Below, in pieces: positions 1 through 9,761 of a stretch of DNA of 64,000 bases (position 1 is its first letter; each line of letters opens with the position of its first letter). Origin of the DNA: a candidate division FCPU426 bacterium (GTDB lineage: Bacteria > Oederibacteriota > PGYV01 > Palsa-1178); contig CAWIXE010000002.1 in the NCBI GenBank assembly GCA_963840035.1, positions 320,001-384,000 on the forward strand. Reading direction: 5' to 3'. Under the pieces are notes generated by a model. The model was not told the origin of the DNA, searched no databases, and saw only the letters and a program-made list of their open reading frames with translations. The position numbers were made by a program, and so were the translations under genes.

Positions 1-2
1 GG

Positions 3-344
3 AAATATCATGATCTGGAAATATTCCTGAAAAACCCCATATTCAGCGACGAGTCCGGCGTGGAATGGTATTATATGAGGGCCCTTGTTTCCTACGCCAT
101 GCATGGGGAGACAAACGGTTCAAGGAAATACGCTGAGGAAGCCATCCGCAGGAACCCTCATGTGATTAAGTATATTGCCGGTTTCTCCAAGATGCCGGAC
201 GACCTTCCGGATAAGTACACCCCGAAAAGCGAGGAAGAAGCGGTCATATACGCGGCAAATAATATTTCCGCGTGGTTCAAGGTCGATAACGCCTTTGAGT
301 GGCTGGTGGATACCGCAACTGAAGTGCTGGGCCATTTAAAATAA
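3..344 (+). CDS. 3' part of a hypothetical helical/TPR-like protein (truncated by window start)
   Basis: Frame is open from position 3 (KYHDLEIFLKNPIFSDESGVEWYY...) to stop at 344; helical pattern WYYMRAL...AIRRNPHV..Y...SEEEAVIYA. Confidence 0.6.
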   Translation, partial: KYHDLEIFLKNPIFSDESGVEWYYMRALVSYAMHGETNGSRKYAEEAIRRNPHVIKYIAGFSKMPDDLPDKYTPKSEEEAVIYAANNISAWFKVDNAFEWLVDTATEVLGHLK

Positions 345-366
345 AATATCAGCATACATTGGTATT

Positions 367-460
367 CCTTAACCCTTACCCTCAGCCTTTGGAACTGTAT
401 TTATGCCAGCATACACTTAATAATAAAGTCCAAATTCTAAGGGTGAGGGTTAAGGTTAAG
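367..460. repeat. Intergenic imperfect inverted repeat built from ~6-nt units
   Basis: CCTTAACCCTTACCCTCAG (368-386) pairs with CTAAGGGTGAGGGTTAAGG (437-455) with 2 mismatches. Confidence 0.7.
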
Positions 461-507
461 TGTAAAGGAAAAGCAAAACCGTATCGTTTATTTCGTCTTA
501 AAATCCA

Positions 508-535
508 TTGACTTTCCCCCCAGTTTTATTATAAT
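508..535 (+). promoter_or_regulatory. Putative sigma70 promoter of polyamine operon
   Basis: TTGACT-N16-TATAAT upstream of pdaD. Confidence 0.55.
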
Positions 536-606
536 AAAAATCCGTTAGTTAAAGAAAAGGCAGACGCACTCAGCGCGTCTTTATGACAATAAAAGGAGAA
601 AAACAA

Positions 607-1137
607 ATGGCAAAAAAAGCGAAAAAGGCAGTTAAAAGGGCGCAGATAGTGTCGCTTCCGCCTCAGGGCATGACAACTACAATACCGGATAAATTTTACC
701 TCGTAGCGGGCGAATCCGAAGGCATGACGCCCCTTAACGCTTTTGATAACGCGCTAGTCGACGCGGGCATCGGCAACACCAATCTTGTGAAGATGTCATC
801 CATACTTCCCCCGGGCTCAAAGCAGATAAAGCCGGTAAAGCTTCCGCTTGGCGCGCTTGTGCCTGTGGCATTTGCTTCAAAAGTATCATCTCAGACGGAT
901 GAAATCATATCAGCCGCAGTGGCGATAGCCATACCTAAGGACCCTAAGAAAAACGGGCTTATTATGGAATACTCGGCAGCCGGACACAAGCAGGAAGTGG
1001 AAAAGATAGTAAGGCATATGGCTGAGGAAGGTTTTAAGCAGAGGGGATATGAATTAAAGGAAGTGCTTTCCATATCGGCTCAGCATAACGTGAAGAAAAT
1101 CGGCGCCGCGTACGCGGCCGTCGTTCTCTGGTGGTAA
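607..1137 (+). CDS. pdaD: Pyruvoyl-dependent arginine decarboxylase
   Basis: LNAFDNAL..AGIGNTNLVKMSSILPP with Ser-Ser self-cleavage site; AAGGAG RBS before ATG 607; adjacent to speE/speB. Confidence 0.9.
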   Translation: MAKKAKKAVKRAQIVSLPPQGMTTTIPDKFYLVAGESEGMTPLNAFDNALVDAGIGNTNLVKMSSILPPGSKQIKPVKLPLGALVPVAFASKVSSQTDEIISAAVAIAIPKDPKKNGLIMEYSAAGHKQEVEKIVRHMAEEGFKQRGYELKEVLSISAQHNVKKIGAAYAAVVLWW

Positions 1138-1141
1138 TCAG

Positions 1142-1981
1142 ATGGCAAAAATGACCGGCAAGTGGTGCACCGAAGTCTACAGGGACACAGCGCTTTCATT
1201 TAAGATAAAGAAGAAACTCTACGGCAAGCGCTCCAAGTACCAGATGGTTGAAGTCTGGGAGACCGAGAAACACGGAAACCTGATGGCATTAGACGGATGC
1301 TACATGGTATCAACGGAAGAGGAATTCGTATACCACGACATGATAACCCATGTGCCGCTTTTCGCCCACCCGAACCCGGAAAATGTTCTGGTCATCGGCG
1401 GAGGCGACGGAGGCACGGTCAGGGAAGTCATGAGGCATAAAGGGGTAAAGAACATAGATTTCGTCGAGATAGACGATGACGTATACACCGTATCCAAGAA
1501 ATACTTCCCGGCGCTTGTAAAAGGCTTAGAGCAGGACAAGAGGGTAAACTTCATGTTCGGCGACGGCATCAAATATGTAAAAGACTCGTGCGATAAGTAC
1601 GACGTGATACTCGTTGACGGCACTGACCCGTCGGATATAGCCGGCGGATTGTTTTCGTCGGAATTTTTTAAGGATGTCCATAACGCCCTTAAAAAAGACG
1701 GCATCATGGTAATGCAGTCAGAGGACCCGTTCTTTGACGCGGATATCATCAAGAACGTTCAGGACAGGCTGAAAAAGATATTCAGCAAAGCAGGCCTTTA
1801 CCTGGCGTTCATACCCATATATCCTTCGGGCATGTGGAGTTTTTCCTGGGCGTCAAAAAAGCACGACTTGAAGGAAATTAAGAATAAAAAATCAAAGATA
1901 GGCAAATGCAAATACTACACACCCGAACTTCACGGCGCGGCTTTCGCGCTGCCGCAGTTCGTGCAGGACAGGATAAAATGA
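1142..1981 (+). CDS. speE: Polyamine aminopropyltransferase (spermidine synthase)
   Basis: VLVIGGGDGG, EID, YDVILVDGTDP and YPSGMWSF motifs. Confidence 0.95.
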   Translation: MAKMTGKWCTEVYRDTALSFKIKKKLYGKRSKYQMVEVWETEKHGNLMALDGCYMVSTEEEFVYHDMITHVPLFAHPNPENVLVIGGGDGGTVREVMRHKGVKNIDFVEIDDDVYTVSKKYFPALVKGLEQDKRVNFMFGDGIKYVKDSCDKYDVILVDGTDPSDIAGGLFSSEFFKDVHNALKKDGIMVMQSEDPFFDADIIKNVQDRLKKIFSKAGLYLAFIPIYPSGMWSFSWASKKHDLKEIKNKKSKIGKCKYYTPELHGAAFALPQFVQDRIK

Positions 1982-2832
1982 ATTTCATAAAGGACCCCAA
2001 CTTCATAGGTTGCGACGCTTCTTTTAAAGCGGCAAAGTCTGTCGTGGTCGGTCTTCCCTATGACGGCACTTCCTCTTTCAGGCCGGGTTCGCGTTTTGCC
2101 CCGGACTCCATACGCAAACACTCCTATTCCATAGAGACTTTTTCCCATGAGCAGGAAAGGGATTTAACTGATTATAAGATAGCGGACATGGGGAACCTGG
2201 AGCTGCCTTTTGGGAACAGTGAAAAGGCCCTTGATGAAGTGGAAGAACTCTGCGGCTACATATTAAAGAATAAAAAGAAAGCCTTATATATAGGAGGGGA
2301 GCACCTCTTAACATACCCCATCATGAAGCAATACCATAAAAAATATAAGGGCCTGAAAGTCATATACTTTGACGCCCACGCGGATTTCAGGACAGGATAT
2401 TCCGGAAGCAGGCTCTCGCACGCGTCCGCGGCAAGGCTTACCACTGAAGTCATCGGCAATGAGAATTTATACATGTTCGGCATCCGGTCGTTTGAAAAAG
2501 CCGAGTGGCTCCACATGAAGAAGCACAATATATTTGTGGACAGCAAAGTAGAGCGTTTTGACGAGGTAGTTGAAGACATAAAAGACTCCCCGGTTTACAT
2601 GTCCCTTGATATGGATGTTTTTGACCCCGCGTGCCTTCCCGGGCTTGGCACGCCCGAGGCCGGCGGTATTTTTTACAGGGATTTCATGGACTTAATGCCC
2701 GGGCTTTCAAAGCTGAACATAGTGGGCATGGACGTGCTCGAAATATCACCCGAGTATGACCCGCACGGCAATTCCAGCGTATTCGGCGCAAAAGTGATAA
2801 GGGAACTCCTGCTTAATACTGCGGTCAAATGA
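1978..2832 (+). CDS. speB: Agmatinase
   Basis: Ureohydrolase motifs GGEH, FDAHAD, SLDMDVFDP, GTPEAGG; ATGA overlap with speE stop. Confidence 0.92.
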   Translation: MNFIKDPNFIGCDASFKAAKSVVVGLPYDGTSSFRPGSRFAPDSIRKHSYSIETFSHEQERDLTDYKIADMGNLELPFGNSEKALDEVEELCGYILKNKKKALYIGGEHLLTYPIMKQYHKKYKGLKVIYFDAHADFRTGYSGSRLSHASAARLTTEVIGNENLYMFGIRSFEKAEWLHMKKHNIFVDSKVERFDEVVEDIKDSPVYMSLDMDVFDPACLPGLGTPEAGGIFYRDFMDLMPGLSKLNIVGMDVLEISPEYDPHGNSSVFGAKVIRELLLNTAVK

Positions 2833-5189
2833 CTAAGAAAGACCGCGTCTATCAGATAATCCTCGCGATCCTCCCGCTTTTTGTTTTCTTTCCCATGTAC
2901 TTTCAGGGTAAGCTCATATCGTGGCTGGACATGATGCATTATTTCATGCCTTTCAGGATAATGACCGCCAATGCCATACAGCACGGGGTCATGCCTTTCT
3001 GGAACCCGTACATCTACTGCGGAAACCCTCTCATGGCGAACATGCAGACGGCCGTATTTTACCCGCTGAATATTTTTTACCATGTGCTCGCGCCTGACGC
3101 GGCATTGCGGATAACCACTTATCTCATTTTCCTTGTAATGGCAATTTTTGCGTATGGTTTTTTCAGGCTTTATAAGATTTCCGAGGAGGGAAGTTTCATG
3201 GCCGCCTGCATGCTGGCGTTCGGTTTTTTTACGACAATAAAGGCCGTGGAGCTTGCAGAGATAAATGTGCTGGGGTGGATGCCCGCTGCGCTATATTTTA
3301 CGAAGAAATACGCGGAAAGCGGAAAGTCCGCGGACAAGTTCATGATACCCCTGTTCCTTGCACTGTCGCTGCTGGGCGGGCACCCGCAGTTTTTTATTTA
3401 CATCTTCACGATATTCTCGATATTCTTTATTTATGAGCTGGTATACCTCAATAAGGGGCACCGGATTGACGCCGTTAAAAATTACCTTTTGATCTGTTTT
3501 TTATTGGGGGCCCTGGCGCTTATACAGCTTTTGCCCACGGCAAACTTTATCCTTCAATCAAAAAGGGCGGTGGGGGGCATTTCTTTCGAGGAAAATATCG
3601 GCGGGTTCATGAAGTTTGAGCACCTGATGTCATTCTTTTTCCCGTTCTTAACTGATTTCTTCTCCAAACACTCGAGTTTCCTCAACTGGGTGGGTTTAAT
3701 AGACATAGGAGTATTGCCGGTGGCGCTGCTGGGCCTTGGCATGCTGAAAATGAAAGACAGAAAACTTAAAATATTGATGATGTCCGTAATTGCTGTGTCG
3801 CTCCTGTTTGTTTTCGCCGGGAACATGCCGTTTTATAAGAAAATGTATGAAAGCGTGGGATTCCTGTCTTCCATGAGGTACCATTCAAAGATAATAGTAA
3901 TTACTTACTTTTTCATCTGCTTTCTCGCGGCCGCGGGGTTTGACAGCCTTTTTTACGGGGCGGACGGGGAAGCCAAAGCCTTCTCAAAAGTTGCGCTTGC
4001 GTGCGCCGGAATAATGCTGATTATTTATCTGTTCGCGGACATTTACAGGAATTTTATACTCGGGTCGTACAGAAAAATCTTCGACCCTGCCATGAGTTTC
4101 CAGGCCACGTTTGACGCGGTGAATATCTACGCCAGATTTGCCGGAAAATTCCTGATATATACCGTTTTTCTATGCGCGTCAGCGGCCGTCTTTTACCTGG
4201 CCGGGATAAAAGGGTTAAGGAACGGTTATGTAAAAGGCGCGGCAATGGCCATCGCGGTTTCAGGGCTCTTTGTCATTCATCTTCCGGGCAACGGGAATTT
4301 TACCACGTATAAGCTCATGTCGGAAACCACAAAGCAGGCGGAATTTGTCATGGCAGACCCGGGTATGAACGGGTACCGCGTACTCGCTCCGGGCATAGCC
4401 AATCCTTTTGAGTTTGACATTGATTCAAACACCTACGAGGAGCTCTACTATTATATCAGGGATGTTTTCACACCCAACATAAACCTCTGGTATCCGTTTA
4501 AGAACGCCGAGGGATTTGATTCGCTGTCCCTGCTTTCGTTTGCCCGGGTAAAGTCTTATTTTGGCGTGATGGATAAGCCCTGGGATAAACCGGCATTTTC
4601 ACTTCTTTCTGCCAGGTACATTTCAAGCAGGTCGCCGATTTCGGGCAGGTACCTGAAACTGGCTAGTAAAGGCTCTACAGACCTGTATATGAACTCAAAC
4701 GCGCTTAAAGAAGCTTTCTTCCTGCCGGTTTCTTCGGGAGTTAAGTATGTGGCCGAAAAGGACGGATATCTGGAATTATTCAAGAAGGGTTTTAACCCTT
4801 CGAAGACCATGGTCCTTGAGGAAGCGGACAGGGCGCGGGCCGAGGCTGTAATTGAGGGCGCGGCCGGGGGCAAAACCGCGGCAGCCAGGACAGAAGTTGA
4901 TTTTTCTGATGTTGACCTGAATACCATAAAGATAAAAGTAACCTGCGGGGAAGCCGGTTTCCTCACCGTTACTGATAATTATTACCCGGGATGGAAAGCC
5001 TCAGTGGACGGAGCCCCGGCCAGGATATTTAAGTCATATACCACGTTCAAGTCGGTCTTCCTTAAGCCGGGGAGCCATACAGTGGTTTTTTATTATTCGC
5101 CGCCTGAATTTCCGCCGGCCGCGGTCGTTTCAATCACGGCCCTGCTGCTGTTAATTCCCGTGGTGCCCATGCTGCTGGTGCTGTTTTGA
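2829..5189 (+). CDS. YfhO-like polytopic GT-C glycosyltransferase
   Basis: PFWNPYIYCGNP..AN.QTAVFYP, GGHPQ, many TM helices, C-terminal DNYYPGWKASVDG motif. Confidence 0.8.
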   Translation: MTKKDRVYQIILAILPLFVFFPMYFQGKLISWLDMMHYFMPFRIMTANAIQHGVMPFWNPYIYCGNPLMANMQTAVFYPLNIFYHVLAPDAALRITTYLIFLVMAIFAYGFFRLYKISEEGSFMAACMLAFGFFTTIKAVELAEINVLGWMPAALYFTKKYAESGKSADKFMIPLFLALSLLGGHPQFFIYIFTIFSIFFIYELVYLNKGHRIDAVKNYLLICFLLGALALIQLLPTANFILQSKRAVGGISFEENIGGFMKFEHLMSFFFPFLTDFFSKHSSFLNWVGLIDIGVLPVALLGLGMLKMKDRKLKILMMSVIAVSLLFVFAGNMPFYKKMYESVGFLSSMRYHSKIIVITYFFICFLAAAGFDSLFYGADGEAKAFSKVALACAGIMLIIYLFADIYRNFILGSYRKIFDPAMSFQATFDAVNIYARFAGKFLIYTVFLCASAAVFYLAGIKGLRNGYVKGAAMAIAVSGLFVIHLPGNGNFTTYKLMSETTKQAEFVMADPGMNGYRVLAPGIANPFEFDIDSNTYEELYYYIRDVFTPNINLWYPFKNAEGFDSLSLLSFARVKSYFGVMDKPWDKPAFSLLSARYISSRSPISGRYLKLASKGSTDLYMNSNALKEAFFLPVSSGVKYVAEKDGYLELFKKGFNPSKTMVLEEADRARAEAVIEGAAGGKTAAARTEVDFSDVDLNTIKIKVTCGEAGFLTVTDNYYPGWKASVDGAPARIFKSYTTFKSVFLKPGSHTVVFYYSPPEFPPAAVVSITALLLLIPVVPMLLVLF

Positions 5190-7162
5190 AAAAAACTTAC
5201 ATACTGAAAATTATTCCCGCAGCGCTTTTTTTTCTTGCCATACTTGCTTTATACACGGGGAACATGGCGCCTTCATTTAATTCGGACGACAGCCCCGAGA
5301 CTTCAGTGGCATTTCATACGCTTGGGGTCCAGCACCCGCCCGGGTATCCATTAAATACCATGATAGGAAAAATATTCACGTTTATCCCGCTGGGCAGCAC
5401 TGCTTTCAGGGCAAACCTGATGTCCGCGTTTTTTTCTCTGCTTGCGGGTTTCATGATATACCTTCTTGCATTTTCCACGGCGAAAAAACACTTTAAGCTT
5501 GAAGAGAACGGGGAAGCCCAGGCAGCGGCGCTGATAGCCGCGGTATTTTACATGCTCGGAGCCTCGGCGTGGCTCCAGGGAAGCTTCGCGAAGGGTTCCA
5601 TATACGCGTTAAACAGTTTTCTCCTGGCTGTATGCCTGTGGGCGCTTTTCAGGGCCGGGGACGGGAAAAAATTCCTGTACCTGTTTTCATTTATATACGG
5701 GATATCCATGGGAAACCACTGGACTTCCATGGCGGTAATCGCGCCGGCGGCCCTGTTTTACCTTTTCATGAAGAGAAAAAGCCTTACGTTAAAATCGTTG
5801 ATGACCGCGGCCGCCTTTTTTATTTTTGGCTGCGGCGTATATTTATACGTTTGGATACGCAGCGCCGGGATGCCGGCATACGCGTGGGGGGACATCAAGA
5901 CGGTTAATGACTTCATATGGCTCATATCCAGGGCGCAATACTCGGGTATCGAGAACGCGCATAAGCTGTCGCATACCGCGGGGCTGCTCATGTTTTACTT
6001 AAAAAACCTGTTTTACAGCGAGTATCCGCTGTTCTTTGCGCTGCTGCTTATACCCGGCGCGTATATCCTTATCAAAAAGGATTTTGCTCAGGGCGCGGCA
6101 ATAACGGGCGCGTTCCTGCTTGTCGCGGTAAGCGTGGCGTCGTTTGCGACGCCTCCGGCAAAAACCGAGTGGATAATAAAACCCTACATGGTATCGACAT
6201 ATGTCTTTGCCGCGCTTTTCGTTTCGGCTTTTTTTTCATGGGCCGCCGGGTTCATAGGCAAAAAGGCCCGGGTGTATGCCTTAGCCGGCGCGCTCGCGGT
6301 TTTAACCGCGGCCATGGCGTTTTTCAATAATCCGGGTTATTCCAGGTATTTTATCGGATATGATTTTGCTGAAAATATATCCAAGACCCTGCCTGAAAAT
6401 TCAATAGTTTTTACTGAAGGCGACATGAATGTCGGGGCCGTACTGTATAAGACGCTTGTCGACAAAGAAAAATTCACGCCGCTCATACCTGTGGTCCTGC
6501 TTTATGACTGGTACTTAGGCCAGGTCAAACGCAATTACCCTGGCAGCGTGAACCTGCCGGAAAAAGGAAGCTCGCCCGGGGCATACATACTATCCATAAT
6601 TCAGGCTAACCCGGGAAGGCTGTTTTACTATTCAAACGTGTATAACGCCGGTTTCATAAACCCTTCAATGCTCACGCCAAACGGCCTTTTGTACAAAATC
6701 CAGGGGCCGGCCGAGCGCAGGGTCGTAAGCGATACCCCCATCGCAGTTTATTCTTTCAGGGGCTTGACAGGCAAGAGGGTTAAATATGACGAATTCACGC
6801 AGAGGCTGGTGCTGGATAATTACGCGATGGCGTTTTTTACGTTGGGGGATTCGATGCGGATGGCGAACTATTTTGGCGTGGCATCGGCTTTCTACGAACG
6901 CGGCCTGCTGTTTGCTGAAAACAGCGGCGCGTATACCAACGTGGGGCTCTGTTATTATTACATGAAAAACATGGCAAAGGCCGAAGAAAAATGGGAAAAA
7001 GCGTCCCAATTGGCCCCAGACGACCCCACAATACTCACCAACCTCGCGTTTGTTTACGCGGCAAGGAACGACAGGGCAAAAGCGAGGGAATACGCGGAAA
7101 AAGCCTTAAGGATTAACCCCGCAAACCCAACCGCGGCGCAGATTATTAAAAACCTTAAATAA
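5186..7162 (+). CDS. DUF2723/TMEM260-like membrane glycosyltransferase with C-terminal TPRs
   Basis: DDSPE...LGVQHPPGYPL...FRANLMSA, GNH and EGD motifs; TTG start overlapping upstream stop; terminal TPR repeats. Confidence 0.85.
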   Translation: MKKTYILKIIPAALFFLAILALYTGNMAPSFNSDDSPETSVAFHTLGVQHPPGYPLNTMIGKIFTFIPLGSTAFRANLMSAFFSLLAGFMIYLLAFSTAKKHFKLEENGEAQAAALIAAVFYMLGASAWLQGSFAKGSIYALNSFLLAVCLWALFRAGDGKKFLYLFSFIYGISMGNHWTSMAVIAPAALFYLFMKRKSLTLKSLMTAAAFFIFGCGVYLYVWIRSAGMPAYAWGDIKTVNDFIWLISRAQYSGIENAHKLSHTAGLLMFYLKNLFYSEYPLFFALLLIPGAYILIKKDFAQGAAITGAFLLVAVSVASFATPPAKTEWIIKPYMVSTYVFAALFVSAFFSWAAGFIGKKARVYALAGALAVLTAAMAFFNNPGYSRYFIGYDFAENISKTLPENSIVFTEGDMNVGAVLYKTLVDKEKFTPLIPVVLLYDWYLGQVKRNYPGSVNLPEKGSSPGAYILSIIQANPGRLFYYSNVYNAGFINPSMLTPNGLLYKIQGPAERRVVSDTPIAVYSFRGLTGKRVKYDEFTQRLVLDNYAMAFFTLGDSMRMANYFGVASAFYERGLLFAENSGAYTNVGLCYYYMKNMAKAEEKWEKASQLAPDDPTILTNLAFVYAARNDRAKAREYAEKALRINPANPTAAQIIKNLK

Positions 7163-7285
7163 ATTTTCAATTTTCCATTCTGAATTTTCAATTAAAACAG
7201 AGCTTTTTGCAGGGATTTTTATTTTGAGTTCTTATATTTGAGTTGTTGTGGTTGATTGAAAATATAAAATTGAAAATTCATAATT
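7162..7285. repeat. Heptamer-unit inverted repeat (ATTTTCA / TGAAAAT family), copy 1
   Basis: Left arm AATTTTCAATTTTCCATTCTGAATTTTCAATT, right arm ATTGAAAATATAAAATTGAAAATTCATAATT. Confidence 0.75.
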
Positions 7286-7302
7286 GTATTCATAAATGCC
7301 TG

Positions 7303-7331
7303 TTGAAAAATCCCCCGTTTTACTGTAAAAT
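7303..7331 (+). promoter_or_regulatory. Putative sigma70 promoter
   Basis: TTGAAA-N17-TAAAAT ahead of ATG 7372. Confidence 0.55.
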
Positions 7332-7371
7332 AACTTTGTTGTTTCATAATATCAGGGAGAGTGCGCAAATA

Positions 7372-8700
7372 ATGAAATTGTCACGTAAAATCATTATAAT
7401 TATGGCTCTATTTCTTCTTTTTTCCGCACAGCTATTCCCGGCGGGCGGAGCGGGGATAACTTCTTCTAACTTCCTTAAATTATCCCAGGGCGCAAGGCCG
7501 GCGGGCATGGGTGAGGCTTTTGTCGCGATCGCTGACGACGTCAACGCTGTTTACTGGAATCCGGCGGGATTAGCCCAGCTGACACGCAACCAGGTATGCC
7601 TGATGCATTCTGTCTGGCTTGTGGATGTAAACTTTGAATACATGGCTTACGCCCTTCCCATAAAGGGCTTCGGCACGATCGCGGCTTACGGATTATTCTT
7701 AAATGCCGGGGAAATATTCAAAACCGGGGAAACTCCCGCGGGAGATTATTTATATGACGGCGCGAAGATAAAGGCCACGGATTTTAACGTGACTGTGGCA
7801 TACGCCAAAAAATTATCGGAAATAATCGGGGATGACTCGCTTTTTGCGGACTTATCGCTCGGAATAAACGTCAATATTATCAGCGAAACCATAGCGGATG
7901 ATACCGGCGGCGGATTCGGGGTAAATATCGGCGCTTATTTTTACCCGCGCTATGAAAATTATTCCATGGGGCTGACCCTCGAGAACATCGGGGTTGCCAA
8001 TAACCGCCCGTCGCTGCCCTCGGTCGTTAAATTCGGCTTTGGCTACAGGTTCCCGCTGGAAAACGCCTTCATATCATTCACTGAAGAAGGCTCCTTCAAC
8101 TACATTGAGAATAACGCGGCAGGTTCCGTGGATATACTTTACTACCCGGTGGAAGGTTTCTTTAAGGTCAGGATGGGCGTTGAAAAGTACTGGGAACTGA
8201 ATAAATTCCACACAATAGCCTTAAGGCTCGGTTACAAATTCTTTGAAGACCTTGGGGCGCTCGCCGGTATCACGGCGGGTTTCGGCTACAGGCTTACAGT
8301 AAATAAGGAAACTACCGTTGACGTGGATTACGTTATGTCGCCTTATGCCGAGCTCGGGCTTTCCCAGAGGATATCGGTGACAGGCAAGTTCCTGGGAACC
8401 CCTGAAAGCCATTCCACTGAAAACCCGAAGGAAGCTTCCGTATATTATAAAAAAGGATATGAACTCCTTTACAAAAAACAGTTTTCCAACGCGCTTATCG
8501 AATTCTCAGAGTGCATAAAAAGATACCGCAACTACGCGCCGTCATACATGGGCATAGGCGCCTGTTTTTTAAACATGGGCAAGAAAGCCATGGCAATGAA
8601 AGCTTACGCTAAAGCCCTTGAAATCGACCCGACTAACACCAAACTTAAGGATTATGTGGAGCAGCTTAAAGCCCAGATACCGCCGGTTCCCGGAAGGTAA
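7372..8700 (+). CDS. PorV/PorQ-family outer-membrane beta-barrel with C-terminal TPR extension
   Basis: Signal peptide then FLKLSQGARPAGMGEAFVAIADDVNAVYWNPAGLA (PorV/UPF0164 motif), barrel end LGLSQRISV, then TPRs; start moved to ATG 7372 after GGGAGA. Confidence 0.85.
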   Translation: MKLSRKIIIIMALFLLFSAQLFPAGGAGITSSNFLKLSQGARPAGMGEAFVAIADDVNAVYWNPAGLAQLTRNQVCLMHSVWLVDVNFEYMAYALPIKGFGTIAAYGLFLNAGEIFKTGETPAGDYLYDGAKIKATDFNVTVAYAKKLSEIIGDDSLFADLSLGINVNIISETIADDTGGGFGVNIGAYFYPRYENYSMGLTLENIGVANNRPSLPSVVKFGFGYRFPLENAFISFTEEGSFNYIENNAAGSVDILYYPVEGFFKVRMGVEKYWELNKFHTIALRLGYKFFEDLGALAGITAGFGYRLTVNKETTVDVDYVMSPYAELGLSQRISVTGKFLGTPESHSTENPKEASVYYKKGYELLYKKQFSNALIEFSECIKRYRNYAPSYMGIGACFLNMGKKAMAMKAYAKALEIDPTNTKLKDYVEQLKAQIPPVPGR

Positions 8701-8757
8701 TAAGCCTACTTGCAGCGCATGGAAGACATCTGATAAATAACTGAAGGAGCAAAGCAA

Positions 8758-9753
8758 ATGAGGGTTACGATAAAGGACATAGCAAAGAGGGTGGGTGTGA
8801 CCCCTGCCACTGTTTCCATGGTCATAAACAACAGCCCCAAGATAAGCCAGAAAACAAAGGAGCTTGTGGCAAGCGCCATAAAGGAAATGAACTACCATCC
8901 TAATTATATAGGAAGAAGCCTCGTCAAAGGCAAAACCAATAACATCGCGGTTGTGGCTTCATTTTTTGCGTCGCTTTTTGCCCTTGAGTCTGTCCGCGGC
9001 ATAGAGGCGAATCTAAGGAATACCCAGTATAACCTGATACTGTATTCGACCAGAGGGCTTGAGGAAAACGAGAACGAGATGCTCCGCAGGCTTTTTTATG
9101 AACGCAGGGCCGACGGGATAATAATCATCTCGTTAAGGATGGAAAAGGAACTTCTTGACGAATTCAAGAAGGAAGGCATACCCGTAGTTTTCATAGAAGA
9201 GGTCATAGAAGGCGCGCCAACAGTAAAATTTAAGAATATAAAGGGCGCATATATGGCCACGGAATACTTTGCCAAGAATAAGAGGAAAAACATAGGGCTT
9301 ATAGTGGGGGAATCAGGATTAAACGCGGAGGAACGGCTTAAAGGCTATAAAGACGCCTTAAATGATTTTGGCATGGCATTTGACGAGAAGAATGTCGTGA
9401 GGGTGAAAAATTATAATTTCGAAGAAGGGGAAAAATGCTTAAAACAGCTCCTTAAAAAATCCCCGGATACAGACGCCATATTCTGCGCGGCCGGGGACGT
9501 GACGGCCATAGGCGTGCTTGACGCCGCAAAAGCCATGGGGGTTAAGGTGCCTGACGACATAGCGGTCATCGGGTATGACGATATTTACATATCAAACCTG
9601 ACAAACCCTTCGCTTACCACCATAAGGCAGCCCATCGCCCAGATGGGAAGGCAGGCTTTTGACGTGCTCATGGATATAGTGGAAGGCAAGACGCCGTATG
9701 AAAGCAAAATTATCAGTTTTGAGCCGGAACTCATTATCCGCGATTCAGTGTAA
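8758..9753 (+). CDS. LacI-family transcriptional regulator
   Basis: TIKDIAKRVGVTPATVS HTH; VPDDIAVIGYDD; PSLTTIRQP. Confidence 0.95.
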   Translation: MRVTIKDIAKRVGVTPATVSMVINNSPKISQKTKELVASAIKEMNYHPNYIGRSLVKGKTNNIAVVASFFASLFALESVRGIEANLRNTQYNLILYSTRGLEENENEMLRRLFYERRADGIIIISLRMEKELLDEFKKEGIPVVFIEEVIEGAPTVKFKNIKGAYMATEYFAKNKRKNIGLIVGESGLNAEERLKGYKDALNDFGMAFDEKNVVRVKNYNFEEGEKCLKQLLKKSPDTDAIFCAAGDVTAIGVLDAAKAMGVKVPDDIAVIGYDDIYISNLTNPSLTTIRQPIAQMGRQAFDVLMDIVEGKTPYESKIISFEPELIIRDSV

Positions 9754-9761
9754 AAAACCTT

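Noticed and set aside
367..460. Telomere-like TAACCC/GGGTTA units or a G-quadruplex
   Set aside because: Too few G-runs; better explained as one of the short-unit inverted repeats
472..485. 14-bp match AGCAAAACCGTATC with 21594-21607
   Set aside because: A few matches of this length are expected by chance in 64 kb, and there is no third copy
7243..7371. Upstream ORF extensions in the track (7243, 10761, 33492, 36894, 37778, 45328, 54859)
   Set aside because: They run through repeats, promoters or intergenic DNA; downstream starts give proper signal peptides and mostly better RBSs
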